From a virus: a stretch of DNA of 64,000 nt. The DNA lies in the IMG/VR virus record IMGVR_UViG_3300034108_000811, positions 5,660 to 69,659 of that record; one strand, written 5' to 3'. Positions within the stretch are counted from its first letter, which is position 1, and every line of letters starts with the position of its first letter. Below are positions 1-9,571 of the stretch, in pieces. The position numbers and the translations under genes were made by a program. The notes below the pieces were generated by a model, which searched no databases, was not told the origin of the DNA, and worked only from the letters and a program-made list of their open reading frames with translations.

Positions 1-1
1 A

Positions 2-190
2 AAAGATGCTGCTAAATATAAGAGATTTGTAGGTCCTTTTACATGGAATTTTACATTGAGTCACCCAGCTAGCGCTGCTTACAATCATACAGATTGGGAT
101 TCTGAAGGAGTGTTTACAAAGGTGAATAAAATACTCAAAGACAACAATGGATGGGAAATAGATTGGCTTTATGAAGAGCCACCATTTTAA
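2..190 (+). CDS. ung: Uracil-DNA glycosylase, C-terminal fragment (5' end outside window)
   Basis: Manual translation from base 2: KDAAKYKRF...LSHPASAAY...FTKVNKILKDNNGWEIDW...PF*; HP(A/S) motif and F..vN..L....I.W tail of family-1 UDGs; TAA at 188-190. Confidence 0.65.
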   Translation, partial: KDAAKYKRFVGPFTWNFTLSHPASAAYNHTDWDSEGVFTKVNKILKDNNGWEIDWLYEEPPF

Positions 191-201
191 AACAAAACAA
201 T

Positions 202-531
202 ATGAATTTAGTAAAAATTGAAGACTTATTAGTAGGAGATGAGATTTTATATGCCTCTGGCAGTAAGTTAATTAGAGCAAAAGTAATTAGACCTATTGCT
301 ACCAAAGATATGTCTAAGCGCTGGCATAAATTAGGAACGACATATTATAAATCAATTAAATGTGAAATAGAAACAGAGATAGTTACTACTAGTTATCAAG
401 GTAGTGGTGGTAGTAAAGCTTACACTTACAAACGTAAAATTCACAAACATACAGGAAATTACAATGAAACAAAATACGTAGATTTAAATGAAAAAGACAT
501 TTATTTATTAAACAGAAGAGTGTATGACTAA
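202..531 (+). CDS. Hypothetical protein, 109 aa
   Basis: ATG after A-rich leader; overlaps next ORF; no recognised motif. Confidence 0.7.
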   Translation: MNLVKIEDLLVGDEILYASGSKLIRAKVIRPIATKDMSKRWHKLGTTYYKSIKCEIETEIVTTSYQGSGGSKAYTYKRKIHKHTGNYNETKYVDLNEKDIYLLNRRVYD

Positions 532-925
532 TTCAACAGTAAGATATGGAGGACAGCTAGAGATAGGTGACTTCATAGCAATAGCAGACCAAGGACATAT
601 AACATTAGGATGGTATGTAGGAAGAGGAGATGGAACAATACAATATTACTATTATGAACAACCAGGAGATTCTTATGATGGGTATAATGAATTCTTAAAT
701 AACCCGTCTCCTGATAAATGGGAGGTTAAACATTATGCCAAACATAAAAAGTTTTCTTCCAAACTTATATACAAAGGATATATATACGGATATGGAGCTA
801 CACCAAATAGCAAACGTGTAATAAAAATAGACAATCCAGAATCACTATTTACAAACGCTGAAGACTTAGAAGCATATAACAAATCAAAACAAGCATTACT
901 CACATTAAATTTTCCACTAAAATGA
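524..925 (+). CDS. Hypothetical protein, 133 aa
   Basis: Overlap-coupled to neighbours; SH3/KOW-like start LEIGDFIAI. Confidence 0.7.
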   Translation: MTNSTVRYGGQLEIGDFIAIADQGHITLGWYVGRGDGTIQYYYYEQPGDSYDGYNEFLNNPSPDKWEVKHYAKHKKFSSKLIYKGYIYGYGATPNSKRVIKIDNPESLFTNAEDLEAYNKSKQALLTLNFPLK

Positions 926-3234
926 TTTTAGAAAAACAAACAGACGCACTGGTTTATGAAAACGGAGAAGTAGAAGAAAGTATAGGTATGTCCCTAGACC
1001 TTGATTCTGCTCAGATTTTGATGCAAATGTTGAGCAAAAACCTGTATTCAGATGCAATTGGTTCAACAATTAGAGAATGTGCAAGCAATGCGCTTGACAG
1101 CCACAGAAGAATTGGAAAAGGAGACACTCCTATTATTGTTGGTTTAACTGCCACAGATCAAGGAGGATTTGAGTTCTCTGTAGAAGATTTTGGTATTGGC
1201 TTAGATGCTGATGATGTAAAGAACATTATTAGCAAGTATGGTAAGTCTACCAAAAGAAACAGTGCTACAGAGCTTGGTATGATGGGTCTTGGCTTTAAGG
1301 CACCTCTTGCCTATACATCTAGTTTCTATTTTGTATGTCGTAAGGATGGCATAGAGAGGAAATATATGATGTATGAAGGAGAAGATGTTAACACTATTGA
1401 CCTTATGTATGAGCAATCTACACAGGAACCTAATGGTGTAAAGGTGATTGTTCCTATATCATATAAAGATAAATCAGAATTTATTAAGAAGATTAAGGAA
1501 CAATTGGCATATTTTGAGAATGTCTATTTTAGTGTAGAAGGTGTAGATAATGATTTTAGTATATACAGACACGAGAAGTTTCAGTTCTCTGGACTAGCTT
1601 ATGATAAGAATCTGCACATCTGTCTAGATAATGTCTACTATCCAATAGACTTTGATAAGCTTGGGATTTCAAGTATTAATATTCCTTTAGCTCTAAGATT
1701 TAGCCTTACAGATGGTATATTTCCTACACCAAATAGGGAATCTATTAGATATACACAGGAGGCTAAAGATAAGATTCGTCAGCGCATTATTGAAATAGCA
1801 GATGTTCTTGTATTAAAATACAATGAATCATTGGTTGAGGCAGAGGATTTTATGACTGTTATGAAACATCTCAAAGGAGATGATAAAATGGTTGTTTTAA
1901 CCACTATGGAAGTTTCTGTAAACATTAGACATTTAGTGAGTTATTCTAATATTAATCTTGCCACTCCTACATTGAAAGGATTTTCATTAATTAACATTGA
2001 TACGCTTTATAGGAATAAAGACTACATCTTTTCTAATTATTCAAAGACGCATATTGTTTCTAGCAAAACAGTGAGAGAGAATAAAGGATGGAAAGATTTA
2101 GCCTTTTGGGATGTAGAAGATAGAAAGATGTTTATAGCTAGTCATACAATCTCAGGAATAAAGAAAGAATATATAAAATCTTTAGTTTCTGCTGCTGGAA
2201 GATGGAGTGAAAAATACATTGTAAAAAAGAAGCATAAACCAATACCTTTGTTTAAGGGAGATGATTATACATGTTATTATAACATGTTAAAACTTAAAGA
2301 CTATCCCAAATCCCAATGGAGAGCTGTAATTACAGAATTCCAAACTATTCTTCAGAGCATGATTGATAAATATTTTATCAACATAGACACTCTTGATATT
2401 CCTCAAGATTTTATTGATGCCAAAGCTAAACTTAAAGTGTTAAAGACTGGCTCAATAAAAAAAGACAAGAGGAAAAGACTTGAGGGAGAAATAGTGTGCA
2501 AGATTGCATATAGTCTTGAAAAATGGGTAGATGGAAAGAATTGTAAATGGGTGAGTGAATCTTTTGATATGTCTAAATTTCATACAAGAAAGAGATTGAT
2601 GGTGTATGGAGAGGCTAAAGATGCAGGAACTATGGATTTTTGGTTTAAACCTCTTAAATCAGTTGTAGATTTTGCTACATTCAGTGAAAGAGAGCTCAAA
2701 AAGGTAAAAGATTTAGAAATACACAACCTAATTACAATGGAAGAATTCATGAAGGGAAAAGACAAACCTTTTCAAAGGCTTGTTACATTTTGTTTAATTG
2801 ATAAGCTTATGGATGAGAATGATAGTTTATTTATACATAGAGAGTATATTAAGGACATATCTACTAACTTATACGATAAATTAGAAATGTTACGTACATA
2901 TCGTAAGAATAATAATGTTAACATAGATAACAGCGTAAGAAATATTATTATTGAAAAGGGCATAGAACTATCTGCTTTTGATACAACTGTGTATTCAGAA
3001 TATGTCTCTGTAAAAGCTATGTGTGAGAAGTTTCCATTCTTGGAAGTGCTTATGGAAGGAATTAAATCTTACAGCAAGTCAGATAACACTATAATAATCA
3101 AATCTATTATTGACCTTTTAAAATACAATAAACATAGAATAGACTGGAAGAATTACAAAATAACACTTAATGAAGACGTTCCTTTAGAGCAAGTGTTAAC
3201 ACAAGACACAATAGATGAATTAGTAAACAATTAA
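922..3234 (+). CDS. rIIA: rIIA-like protein with N-terminal GHKL (HSP90-type) ATPase domain
   Basis: Motifs IRECASNALD, EDFGIGL, GMMGLGFKAP, PNRESIRY; immediately upstream of an rIIB-like gene. Confidence 0.85.
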   Translation: MILEKQTDALVYENGEVEESIGMSLDLDSAQILMQMLSKNLYSDAIGSTIRECASNALDSHRRIGKGDTPIIVGLTATDQGGFEFSVEDFGIGLDADDVKNIISKYGKSTKRNSATELGMMGLGFKAPLAYTSSFYFVCRKDGIERKYMMYEGEDVNTIDLMYEQSTQEPNGVKVIVPISYKDKSEFIKKIKEQLAYFENVYFSVEGVDNDFSIYRHEKFQFSGLAYDKNLHICLDNVYYPIDFDKLGISSINIPLALRFSLTDGIFPTPNRESIRYTQEAKDKIRQRIIEIADVLVLKYNESLVEAEDFMTVMKHLKGDDKMVVLTTMEVSVNIRHLVSYSNINLATPTLKGFSLINIDTLYRNKDYIFSNYSKTHIVSSKTVRENKGWKDLAFWDVEDRKMFIASHTISGIKKEYIKSLVSAAGRWSEKYIVKKKHKPIPLFKGDDYTCYYNMLKLKDYPKSQWRAVITEFQTILQSMIDKYFINIDTLDIPQDFIDAKAKLKVLKTGSIKKDKRKRLEGEIVCKIAYSLEKWVDGKNCKWVSESFDMSKFHTRKRLMVYGEAKDAGTMDFWFKPLKSVVDFATFSERELKKVKDLEIHNLITMEEFMKGKDKPFQRLVTFCLIDKLMDENDSLFIHREYIKDISTNLYDKLEMLRTYRKNNNVNIDNSVRNIIIEKGIELSAFDTTVYSEYVSVKAMCEKFPFLEVLMEGIKSYSKSDNTIIIKSIIDLLKYNKHRIDWKNYKITLNEDVPLEQVLTQDTIDELVNN

Positions 3235-3242
3235 TCACAAAA

Positions 3243-3275
3243 GGGGGGAATACATACAATCCCCCCACATTTTTA
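3243..3275 (+). terminator. GC hairpin between rIIA and rIIB (weak terminator or processing stem)
   Basis: GGGGGGA-atacatacaa-TCCCCCC followed by acattttt. Confidence 0.45.
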
Positions 3276-3293
3276 ACAATTAAATAATAAAAC

Positions 3294-4661
3294 ATGAAGT
3301 TTAGTCTAAACTGGTTTAAATCCAAAAAACAAGAAGAATTACAAGCATTGAAAATTGAAGAGCAAAAGCTTAAAAATGCCTTACTTTTTAAGGAATTACA
3401 TTATGAAGAAAATGAGACTCCTAGTCTTCCTGTTGCCCCTAACACACCTTACAAGAAGGTGAAACTAGTAAACAATGTCCTCACTGTATTATTACATGAT
3501 GGCACTATTCTTAGTAAGAGCAATGCATCTGCTGATGATTATTACATAGTGAAAGATGCAATCACTGAAGATGAGATTCTTGGTGTAATGGTGGTTAAGG
3601 AAATAAGAGAGGAGAGAATTGCAAAGGCTAAAGAATATGAGAAAGCCAAAACACTTAATAAAGGACTTAAAGTTCTTGAAAGTACAGGAGACTTTGTTGT
3701 AGATGGTAATTCTGTCTATCTAAAAGGAATTAATCGTTCTCTACCACAATTGTTAGTGGAAAGATTTCTTCTTATTGTAAACGAATATGATGGAAATTTC
3801 AACTATCTTCAAGAAAACGTTGAATATCAATCACTTAAGCGCTTCTTTATGTGGTGCTGTCTTAATCCAAGAGCAGAAGTGGCTAATGAGCTCTATCGTT
3901 TCTTAATGGAGAACAGCTTCCGTATTACAAAACAAGGCTTCTTTGTAGCTCTTAGAAACGTGGTGACATTACAGACGGACAATGAGATAGTTAAGTTTGT
4001 AAGCAATGCTTATAACAAGGTGAAAGCTGTTTGGAAGAAGAATCCAGACAACTATCGTGTTATTGAGAATAATGGAGCTTATTCTATTGAAGCTGTAACT
4101 GCAAATCCTCGTGGGACAATTGTTGGTAACTTAACATCTCTCTATCTAGACCTTCCAAACATGGCAGAGAATAGATTTACAGATGATTGGACTAGGACAT
4201 TTGACATCAGAATTGGTAAGGTGGTGAATATGCCTACAGAAGCTTGTAACTGGAGTACACAAGATTGTGCTGCTGCAGGACTTCATTTTACTAGTGACCA
4301 AATTCACTATGTAGGATGTGGTGATCAGTCTGTACTTGTTCTTATTAATCCTATGAAGGTGGTGGGTATTGGTCAGCATAAGGGTAGATGTTATGAATAT
4401 TTACCAATTATGGCTGTTCCTCGTGAGGAAGCTACAGAAATTCTTCATGACCTTGATTTTGACACTCTTGAGCTAGATGAAGATTATGCAATTCGTGAAT
4501 TGGAAGATTTACAAGAGAAAGCACAAGATGGGTTTGCAGTGGAAGCAAGTAAGCATGAATTCAACATGCCTGCAATTTCCACAATAGAAGTGGAAAAGAT
4601 TGTTGCCAGTCTTGATGAAATTAAGAAAGATATTTCAAAAAGAATTGTAACAATTAAGTAA
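3294..4661 (+). CDS. rIIB: rIIB-like protein
   Basis: NP...ELYRFL...ITKQGFFVALRNV, CAAAGLH, VLINPMKVV, KGRCYEY pattern of rIIB; follows rIIA. Confidence 0.8.
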   Translation: MKFSLNWFKSKKQEELQALKIEEQKLKNALLFKELHYEENETPSLPVAPNTPYKKVKLVNNVLTVLLHDGTILSKSNASADDYYIVKDAITEDEILGVMVVKEIREERIAKAKEYEKAKTLNKGLKVLESTGDFVVDGNSVYLKGINRSLPQLLVERFLLIVNEYDGNFNYLQENVEYQSLKRFFMWCCLNPRAEVANELYRFLMENSFRITKQGFFVALRNVVTLQTDNEIVKFVSNAYNKVKAVWKKNPDNYRVIENNGAYSIEAVTANPRGTIVGNLTSLYLDLPNMAENRFTDDWTRTFDIRIGKVVNMPTEACNWSTQDCAAAGLHFTSDQIHYVGCGDQSVLVLINPMKVVGIGQHKGRCYEYLPIMAVPREEATEILHDLDFDTLELDEDYAIRELEDLQEKAQDGFAVEASKHEFNMPAISTIEVEKIVASLDEIKKDISKRIVTIK

Positions 4662-4703
4662 ATTTGTAGTGTGCTGGGGGACATATTGTTCCTCGGCACA
4701 CTA
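4659..4703 (+). promoter_or_regulatory. TAAATTTG -7 element immediately followed by a long hairpin
   Basis: TAAATTTG 4659-4666 overlaps the rIIB stop; inverted repeat tagtgtgctgggggaca/tgttcctcggcacacta 4667-4703 followed by a T-rich run. Confidence 0.55.
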
Positions 4704-4717
4704 TTAATTTTTATTAT

Positions 4718-5122
4718 ATGAAGAAAAATGCTACAAAAAGAAAGGCTAAACCAAGAGTTACATCTGTCAAAACAAGGAATTCTAAAACAATGACAGAAAG
4801 TGCATTTTGGTCTTTCATAAGAAGTGGATTAAGACAGAAAAGCAGATGGTGGAAACCTATTACAGAATGTAAACTAAAAGCTAAAAGAGCTTATAAAGGA
4901 CCTAATAAAAGACAAAGGTTTGAATATCAATGTAATACGTGTAAGCTGTGGTTTGCAGAAAAGCATATTAATGTAGACCATATACAACCTGCAGGAAGCT
5001 TAAACTGTGCACAAGACCTTCCAGGATTTGTAGAAAGACTATTCTGTGAAATTGACAATCTTCAATGTTTGTGCACTGACTGTCACGACAAAAAAACAAA
5101 AGAAGAAAAATTAAAAAAATGA
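4718..5122 (+). CDS. HNH endonuclease
   Basis: CNTC...VDHIQP...NLQCLCTDCHDKKT. Confidence 0.85.
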   Translation: MKKNATKRKAKPRVTSVKTRNSKTMTESAFWSFIRSGLRQKSRWWKPITECKLKAKRAYKGPNKRQRFEYQCNTCKLWFAEKHINVDHIQPAGSLNCAQDLPGFVERLFCEIDNLQCLCTDCHDKKTKEEKLKK

Positions 5123-5358
5123 GTGAAGACAATATTGTAATATCAGTTAATAAAAGGCCCTCATTTACAGAAATATGGTATGAAGGGCAAGTGGAATATG
5201 GAAAAGAGAAACATAAGTTTTGGCTAATACATCCTCAAAACCCTGATGACAAGGGAGAACATTATGAAATAGAAATACGATGGTTCTTCCAAAGAGTGCC
5301 AAAAGAAGTGAGAGCTCTCTATCCAAAAATTATAGAATCTTATAAACAAACATTATGA
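5119..5358 (+). CDS. Hypothetical protein, 79 aa
   Basis: ATGA overlaps on both sides. Confidence 0.7.
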   Translation: MSEDNIVISVNKRPSFTEIWYEGQVEYGKEKHKFWLIHPQNPDDKGEHYEIEIRWFFQRVPKEVRALYPKIIESYKQTL

Positions 5359-6416
5359 TTACAGGACAAATGAAGACAGAAGCTCTATATAGAGCAAGTA
5401 TGCTTGACAGTTCTTCTAGCTTGAAGGATTTTAGTCAGGATAGAAAGAAATATTATAAAAAATACATTGGTTCAGAAGAACTACCAGAAGAAGAGGAAAC
5501 ATTAGCCCTTACAATGGGAAAGCTTGTAGAAACCTTACTTATGGAACCTGAGCTGTTTGATGAGAAGTTTTACATGTCTGCTTGTGCTAAAACACCAACA
5601 GACAATATGCTTAAGTTTGTAGAGGCATTGTACAGAGAAACAAGAGATTGTACAGATGACCAAGGAAATGTTACAAGAAGCTTTGAAGACCTTTCTAGAC
5701 TTGCATTTGCAGAGTCTGGGTATTCAGGAAAGGGTACAGGTAGTTATGAGAATGCTATTAAGAAGTTTGCTGGCTCAGATGCTGAAATCTATTACAATGA
5801 AATCAGAAAGGTGAGAGCAAACAACTTAACAGTGGTTACAACAGATAATGTAACTAATGCTGAAAGGATTGTGGAAGGCTTAAGAAATAGTCCACATACG
5901 AAAGACATCGTAAATCTTGTAAACAGTTCTAGATGGACAGTGTATAATCAGCTACAAGTGGAAGGATATGTTGTAGATGGACATAAGTTTAAGAGTATGA
6001 TGGATAAGGTGGTTATTGACCATGAAAAGCAAACAGTACAAGTGTATGACCTAAAATGCACATGGAATGTGGAAAACTTCCTGGAAGAATACTATCTCTA
6101 TCGTAGAGCATATATTCAAGCTTTGTTATATTACAAAGCAGCTATTCATTTTATGAATAATACAGAAGAGTTACGTGGCTATCGTGTAGAACCTATAAGA
6201 TTTATTGTTTGTGATAGCACTAATTATTATGCTCCTCTTGTTTATACGTTGAGTGATAAGGATTTAGAGAATGCGTATAATGGATTTACCTACAAAAATA
6301 AGAACTATGTAGGTGTAGCTGAGTTGATTGAAGATTTGAAATGGGCATTGGAGAACAATGTGTGGAATGTTTCAAGAAAAAATAGTTTGTCGAACGGGTT
6401 AGTAAATATTATGTAA
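5355..6416 (+). CDS. PD-(D/E)XK exonuclease (RecE/exonuclease VIII-like)
   Basis: SSSSLKDF, MGKLVETLL, KSMMDKVVID...YDLKCT, YIQALLY motifs. Confidence 0.8.
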   Translation: MITGQMKTEALYRASMLDSSSSLKDFSQDRKKYYKKYIGSEELPEEEETLALTMGKLVETLLMEPELFDEKFYMSACAKTPTDNMLKFVEALYRETRDCTDDQGNVTRSFEDLSRLAFAESGYSGKGTGSYENAIKKFAGSDAEIYYNEIRKVRANNLTVVTTDNVTNAERIVEGLRNSPHTKDIVNLVNSSRWTVYNQLQVEGYVVDGHKFKSMMDKVVIDHEKQTVQVYDLKCTWNVENFLEEYYLYRRAYIQALLYYKAAIHFMNNTEELRGYRVEPIRFIVCDSTNYYAPLVYTLSDKDLENAYNGFTYKNKNYVGVAELIEDLKWALENNVWNVSRKNSLSNGLVNIM

Positions 6417-6998
6417 ATGGAGTTTAAAAAAACAATAACAACCGCTTTTATAGTTCCTACATTAGGAATTCCTAAAGAACAATTAAACATTAATGATTTT
6501 ATTAATGGGTATTCTAAAGATGCAGGTAGAGAGGTACAATATGAAAATTGTATATATGTATTATTTCGCCCATCTAATGTAGATAGATTTAGATTGTTCT
6601 TAGAAAAAGAATATGAAAGGGTAAAAGTGGTGGATGATTATGACTACGAAGGAGGATATGTTATAGTGGTTTATGAGCTTGATAAGAAATACAGCAAGGA
6701 CTTTAGTCTTGTTAGACAAGGCAAGTATTCTAAAACTTCTAAACAATTTCAAGAGCAATTCTCAAAGATGGTTAAAATAAATACAGGTGGTAACAATTTT
6801 AGAGAAGATGTAAGTTTGCAATATCGTGTATTTACTAAATCAAAAGATCTTGTTGAATATTGGGAAAACAGACTTGATATAAAGATTGATGAAGACCAAG
6901 AACTTTGGAACGGATTTCATGAAGAAATGGAAACATTATACATTGATAAAATAAGAGAAAATGATAAACAATCAATTGGTGAAAGAGCTAATAGCTAA
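6417..6998 (+). CDS. Hypothetical phage protein, 193 aa
   Basis: Abuts nuclease gene; no recognised function. Confidence 0.75.
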   Translation: MEFKKTITTAFIVPTLGIPKEQLNINDFINGYSKDAGREVQYENCIYVLFRPSNVDRFRLFLEKEYERVKVVDDYDYEGGYVIVVYELDKKYSKDFSLVRQGKYSKTSKQFQEQFSKMVKINTGGNNFREDVSLQYRVFTKSKDLVEYWENRLDIKIDEDQELWNGFHEEMETLYIDKIRENDKQSIGERANS

Positions 6999-7164
6999 AT
7001 ATGGAGAAGCTACCATCACTGTTTATTGCAAAATAGAAGCAGATAAGAACAGATTGGCCAGCAAGGATTTTAAAACATCAAATCCTAATGATCCTAATGA
7101 GTATGAATATGAAGCTCAATGGTGGGAAAATAAGTATAAAGAGTTAACAATCAATCAATTATAA
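6961..7164 (+). CDS. Hypothetical protein, 67 aa
   Basis: Fills gap in a dense operon. Confidence 0.6.
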   Translation: MINNQLVKELIAKYGEATITVYCKIEADKNRLASKDFKTSNPNDPNEYEYEAQWWENKYKELTINQL

Positions 7165-7166
7165 TT

Positions 7167-7553
7167 ATGAATTTAAATGAAATGCTGGATGAACATCCAA
7201 AGAGTGCTGCATTATTAAGAGAATGGTTTACTAATAGACTAATAGAGTCTATAGAAGACATGGAAGAGTTTCAACAAGAAACTGCTGAACTTATGAAACA
7301 GCATCTCGTTAGTAATGAAGCTGTTAGTAACATAATTCAAGATAATGTACGTTCTTTGTTTGACTTCTTTGATGAACAAGAAACATACATCACTATAACT
7401 AGGAACTATTTAGCTAGTGCTTTTGAATGGGATATTCAAAGTGTAAGAGAACCTGATTTACAATCATCACCATTTGTTAAGTTTTCTTCTAGAAAGGAAG
7501 CAGAAATGAGTGCTGTTTATGATGCATTTAAAACTTTGGAGGCTACATTATGA
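7167..7553 (+). CDS. Hypothetical protein, 128 aa
   Basis: ORF in operon context with ATGA overlap downstream. Confidence 0.7.
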   Translation: MNLNEMLDEHPKSAALLREWFTNRLIESIEDMEEFQQETAELMKQHLVSNEAVSNIIQDNVRSLFDFFDEQETYITITRNYLASAFEWDIQSVREPDLQSSPFVKFSSRKEAEMSAVYDAFKTLEATL

Positions 7554-7780
7554 GAGATGAGATAGTTGAAAAGGTGGTGGATAAAATGTATGAAAGAAGT
7601 CAATATGGAATAACCCATTATGGCACTACATTAGAAAAGAATAATACAGACAATTTCTTCAATCATGCTTTGGAAGAAGCTATGGATTTGAGCCTATATT
7701 TAATGAAAATAATGGATGTGGTTAAAACCACTCCTAATGACCAAGAATTAGGTGCAAAAATAAGACAAATGGTTATGTAG
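7550..7780 (+). CDS. Small all-helical protein, possibly MazG-like NTP pyrophosphohydrolase
   Basis: RSQYGITHYGTTL...HALEEAMDLSLYL with an EExxD acidic helix; adjacent to RNR. Confidence 0.5.
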   Translation: MRDEIVEKVVDKMYERSQYGITHYGTTLEKNNTDNFFNHALEEAMDLSLYLMKIMDVVKTTPNDQELGAKIRQMVM

Positions 7781-7794
7781 AATCTTTGTAAATC

Positions 7795-7841
7795 TTTGGA
7801 GAATAGAGGGGTGTTATGTATATTTGCACCCCTCTATTTTT
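7795..7841 (+). promoter_or_regulatory. Bacteroidota-type promoter for nrdJ embedded in an inverted repeat
   Basis: TTTG 7795-7798, 20-nt spacer, TATATTTG 7819-7826; flanking arms aatagaggggtg/cacccctctatt. Confidence 0.65.
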
Positions 7842-7864
7842 AAACAAATTAAAACAACAAAATT

Positions 7865-8843
7865 ATGGATGTAGGATTGGAGACATTGAGTTCTCTTACG
7901 GTTTTTAGTAAATACGCTAAGTATGTCCCTGAGTTACAAAGAAGAGAAACTTGGGAAGAGATTGTAAACAGGTATGGAAAAATGATGATTAACAAATATC
8001 CCAAGCTAAAAGGACAGATTGAAACAAGCTTAGGATATATTTTAGAGAAAAAGGTGTTGCCCTCTATGAGAGCATTACAATTTGCTGGACCAGCTGCAGA
8101 GGTGAACAATAGTAGGATTTATAACTGCTGTTTTCTACCAATTGACAGCTTACACAGTTTTAGTGAAACCATGTTCTTATTATTAGGTGGTACAGGTGTT
8201 GGGTATTCTGTACAAAAGCACCACGTTGAGCAACTTCCTGTTATTAAACGACAAGAAACTTACAAACAACGCACCTATTTGATTGAAGACTCTATTATGG
8301 GATGGGCTGATGCTGTAAAGGTGTTAATGAAGTTTTATTTTGAGGGTGGGTATAAGCCTAAATTTGACTTTAGAGCTATTCGCCATAAAGGAGCAAGACT
8401 TGTAACAGCAGGTGGTAAAGCACCTGGTCCTGAACCACTTAAGATATGTTTAACACATATTGATGCTATTATGGAGCGTAAAGAAGATGGTAGTAAACTA
8501 TCTCCTTTAGAATGTCATGATGTGCTTTGTCATATTGCTAATAGTGTTCTGGCTGGTGGTATTAGAAGGTCAGCTATGATAAGCTTGTTTAGTCATGATG
8601 ATGAGGAAATGATTACGTGTAAATATGGTAATTGGTGGGAATTGAATGAACAGCGTGGTAGATCTAATAATTCAGCAGTTTTAGAAAGAGGTGCTGTATC
8701 AAAATTAGAATTTGATGCTTTATGGAAGAGAATTGAGCTCTCTGGAAGTGGAGAACCTGGAGTGTATTGGACTAACAATTTAGATTGGGGCACCAATCCA
8801 TGTTGTGAAATAGGACTTAGACCCTATCAGTTTTGTAATCTCT
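7865..8843 (+). CDS. nrdJ: Class II (B12-dependent) ribonucleotide reductase, exon 1
   Basis: LPSMRALQFAG, YNCCF, GGIRRSAMISL, GEPG, TNPCCEI, FCNL; frame is broken by the intron at 8844. Confidence 0.93.
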
Positions 8844-9041
8844 AAACTTTATGGAGATTTAAAACTCTGAGAATTGCTGGAAACTCTGACCACATAATGG
8901 TGAAGACAATCAGCAGCCGAGCCTAGAAATAGGAAGGTTCAACGACTAGTCGAAAGACGTACACTCAAGTGAGTGGAAGCACAGAGCCCCTGAAAAGGGT
9001 GATGATATAGTCTGAACAATATAGAAATATATTGATGAAAA

Positions 9042-9073
9042 TTTGGAAATCTCGAATAAGTTTTGTAACTTTG
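9042..9073 (+). promoter_or_regulatory. Intron-internal promoter for the homing endonuclease
   Basis: TTTG 9042-9045, 20-nt spacer, TAACTTTG 9066-9073, ATG at 9089. Confidence 0.6.
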
Positions 9074-9088
9074 TAAAAATACAAAATT

Positions 9089-9544
9089 ATGAGAATAAAT
9101 CGAGAAGGTTATAAAATATCTGAGACAGAACGAGAATGTACTAATTGTGGTACAATGTTCTTAAAAACCTCAAAAACAGTAACTCTTTGTAATAAGTGTA
9201 ATTCAGAACGAGTAAAGTGTACAGATCCTGAATCAAAAATGTTACAACGAGCAAAAGGTCGAGCTAAACTAAAAGGTTTAGAATTTGATTTAACTGTAAA
9301 AGATATTATTATACCAAAATATTGCCCAATTCTAGGTTTAGAATTGATTTGCAAAACAGGAGTTTCAGGAGGACAAAATAATTCTCCAGCATTAGATAGA
9401 ATAGATTCAAAAGGGGGCTATACTAAAACTAATGTAAGAGTTATTAGTCACTTAGCAAACATGATGAAAAGTTGTGCTAGTAATTCTGAAATGATAAAAT
9501 TTGCAGATTGGGTTAATAAAAATATTCCAAAGGATTCTGATTAA
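9089..9544 (+). CDS. Intron-encoded HNH-family homing endonuclease
   Basis: Zn finger CTNC..CNKC; CPILG...PALDRIDSKGGYTKTNVRVISHLANMMK; lies 3' of the intron core. Confidence 0.85.
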   Translation: MRINREGYKISETERECTNCGTMFLKTSKTVTLCNKCNSERVKCTDPESKMLQRAKGRAKLKGLEFDLTVKDIIIPKYCPILGLELICKTGVSGGQNNSPALDRIDSKGGYTKTNVRVISHLANMMKSCASNSEMIKFADWVNKNIPKDSD

Positions 9545-9571
9545 GAAGTAACGCACTTAATTGAACATATG

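Larger units (their letters stand above)
8844..9571 (+). mobile_element. Group I self-splicing intron (728 nt) in nrdJ
   Basis: P1 aatctct/ggagatt with U.G at the 5' splice site; core elements gaattgctggaaa (8871), aatcagcagcc (8908), gttcaacgactag (8937), gatatagtct (9004); P9 caatata-GAAA-tatattg; terminal G 9571; splicing restores FCNL-C-EVNVS. Confidence 0.92.

Noticed and set aside
5355-6416. Cas4 of a CRISPR system
   Set aside because: No four-Cys Fe-S pattern, cas neighbours or array; fits an ordinary phage recombination exonuclease.
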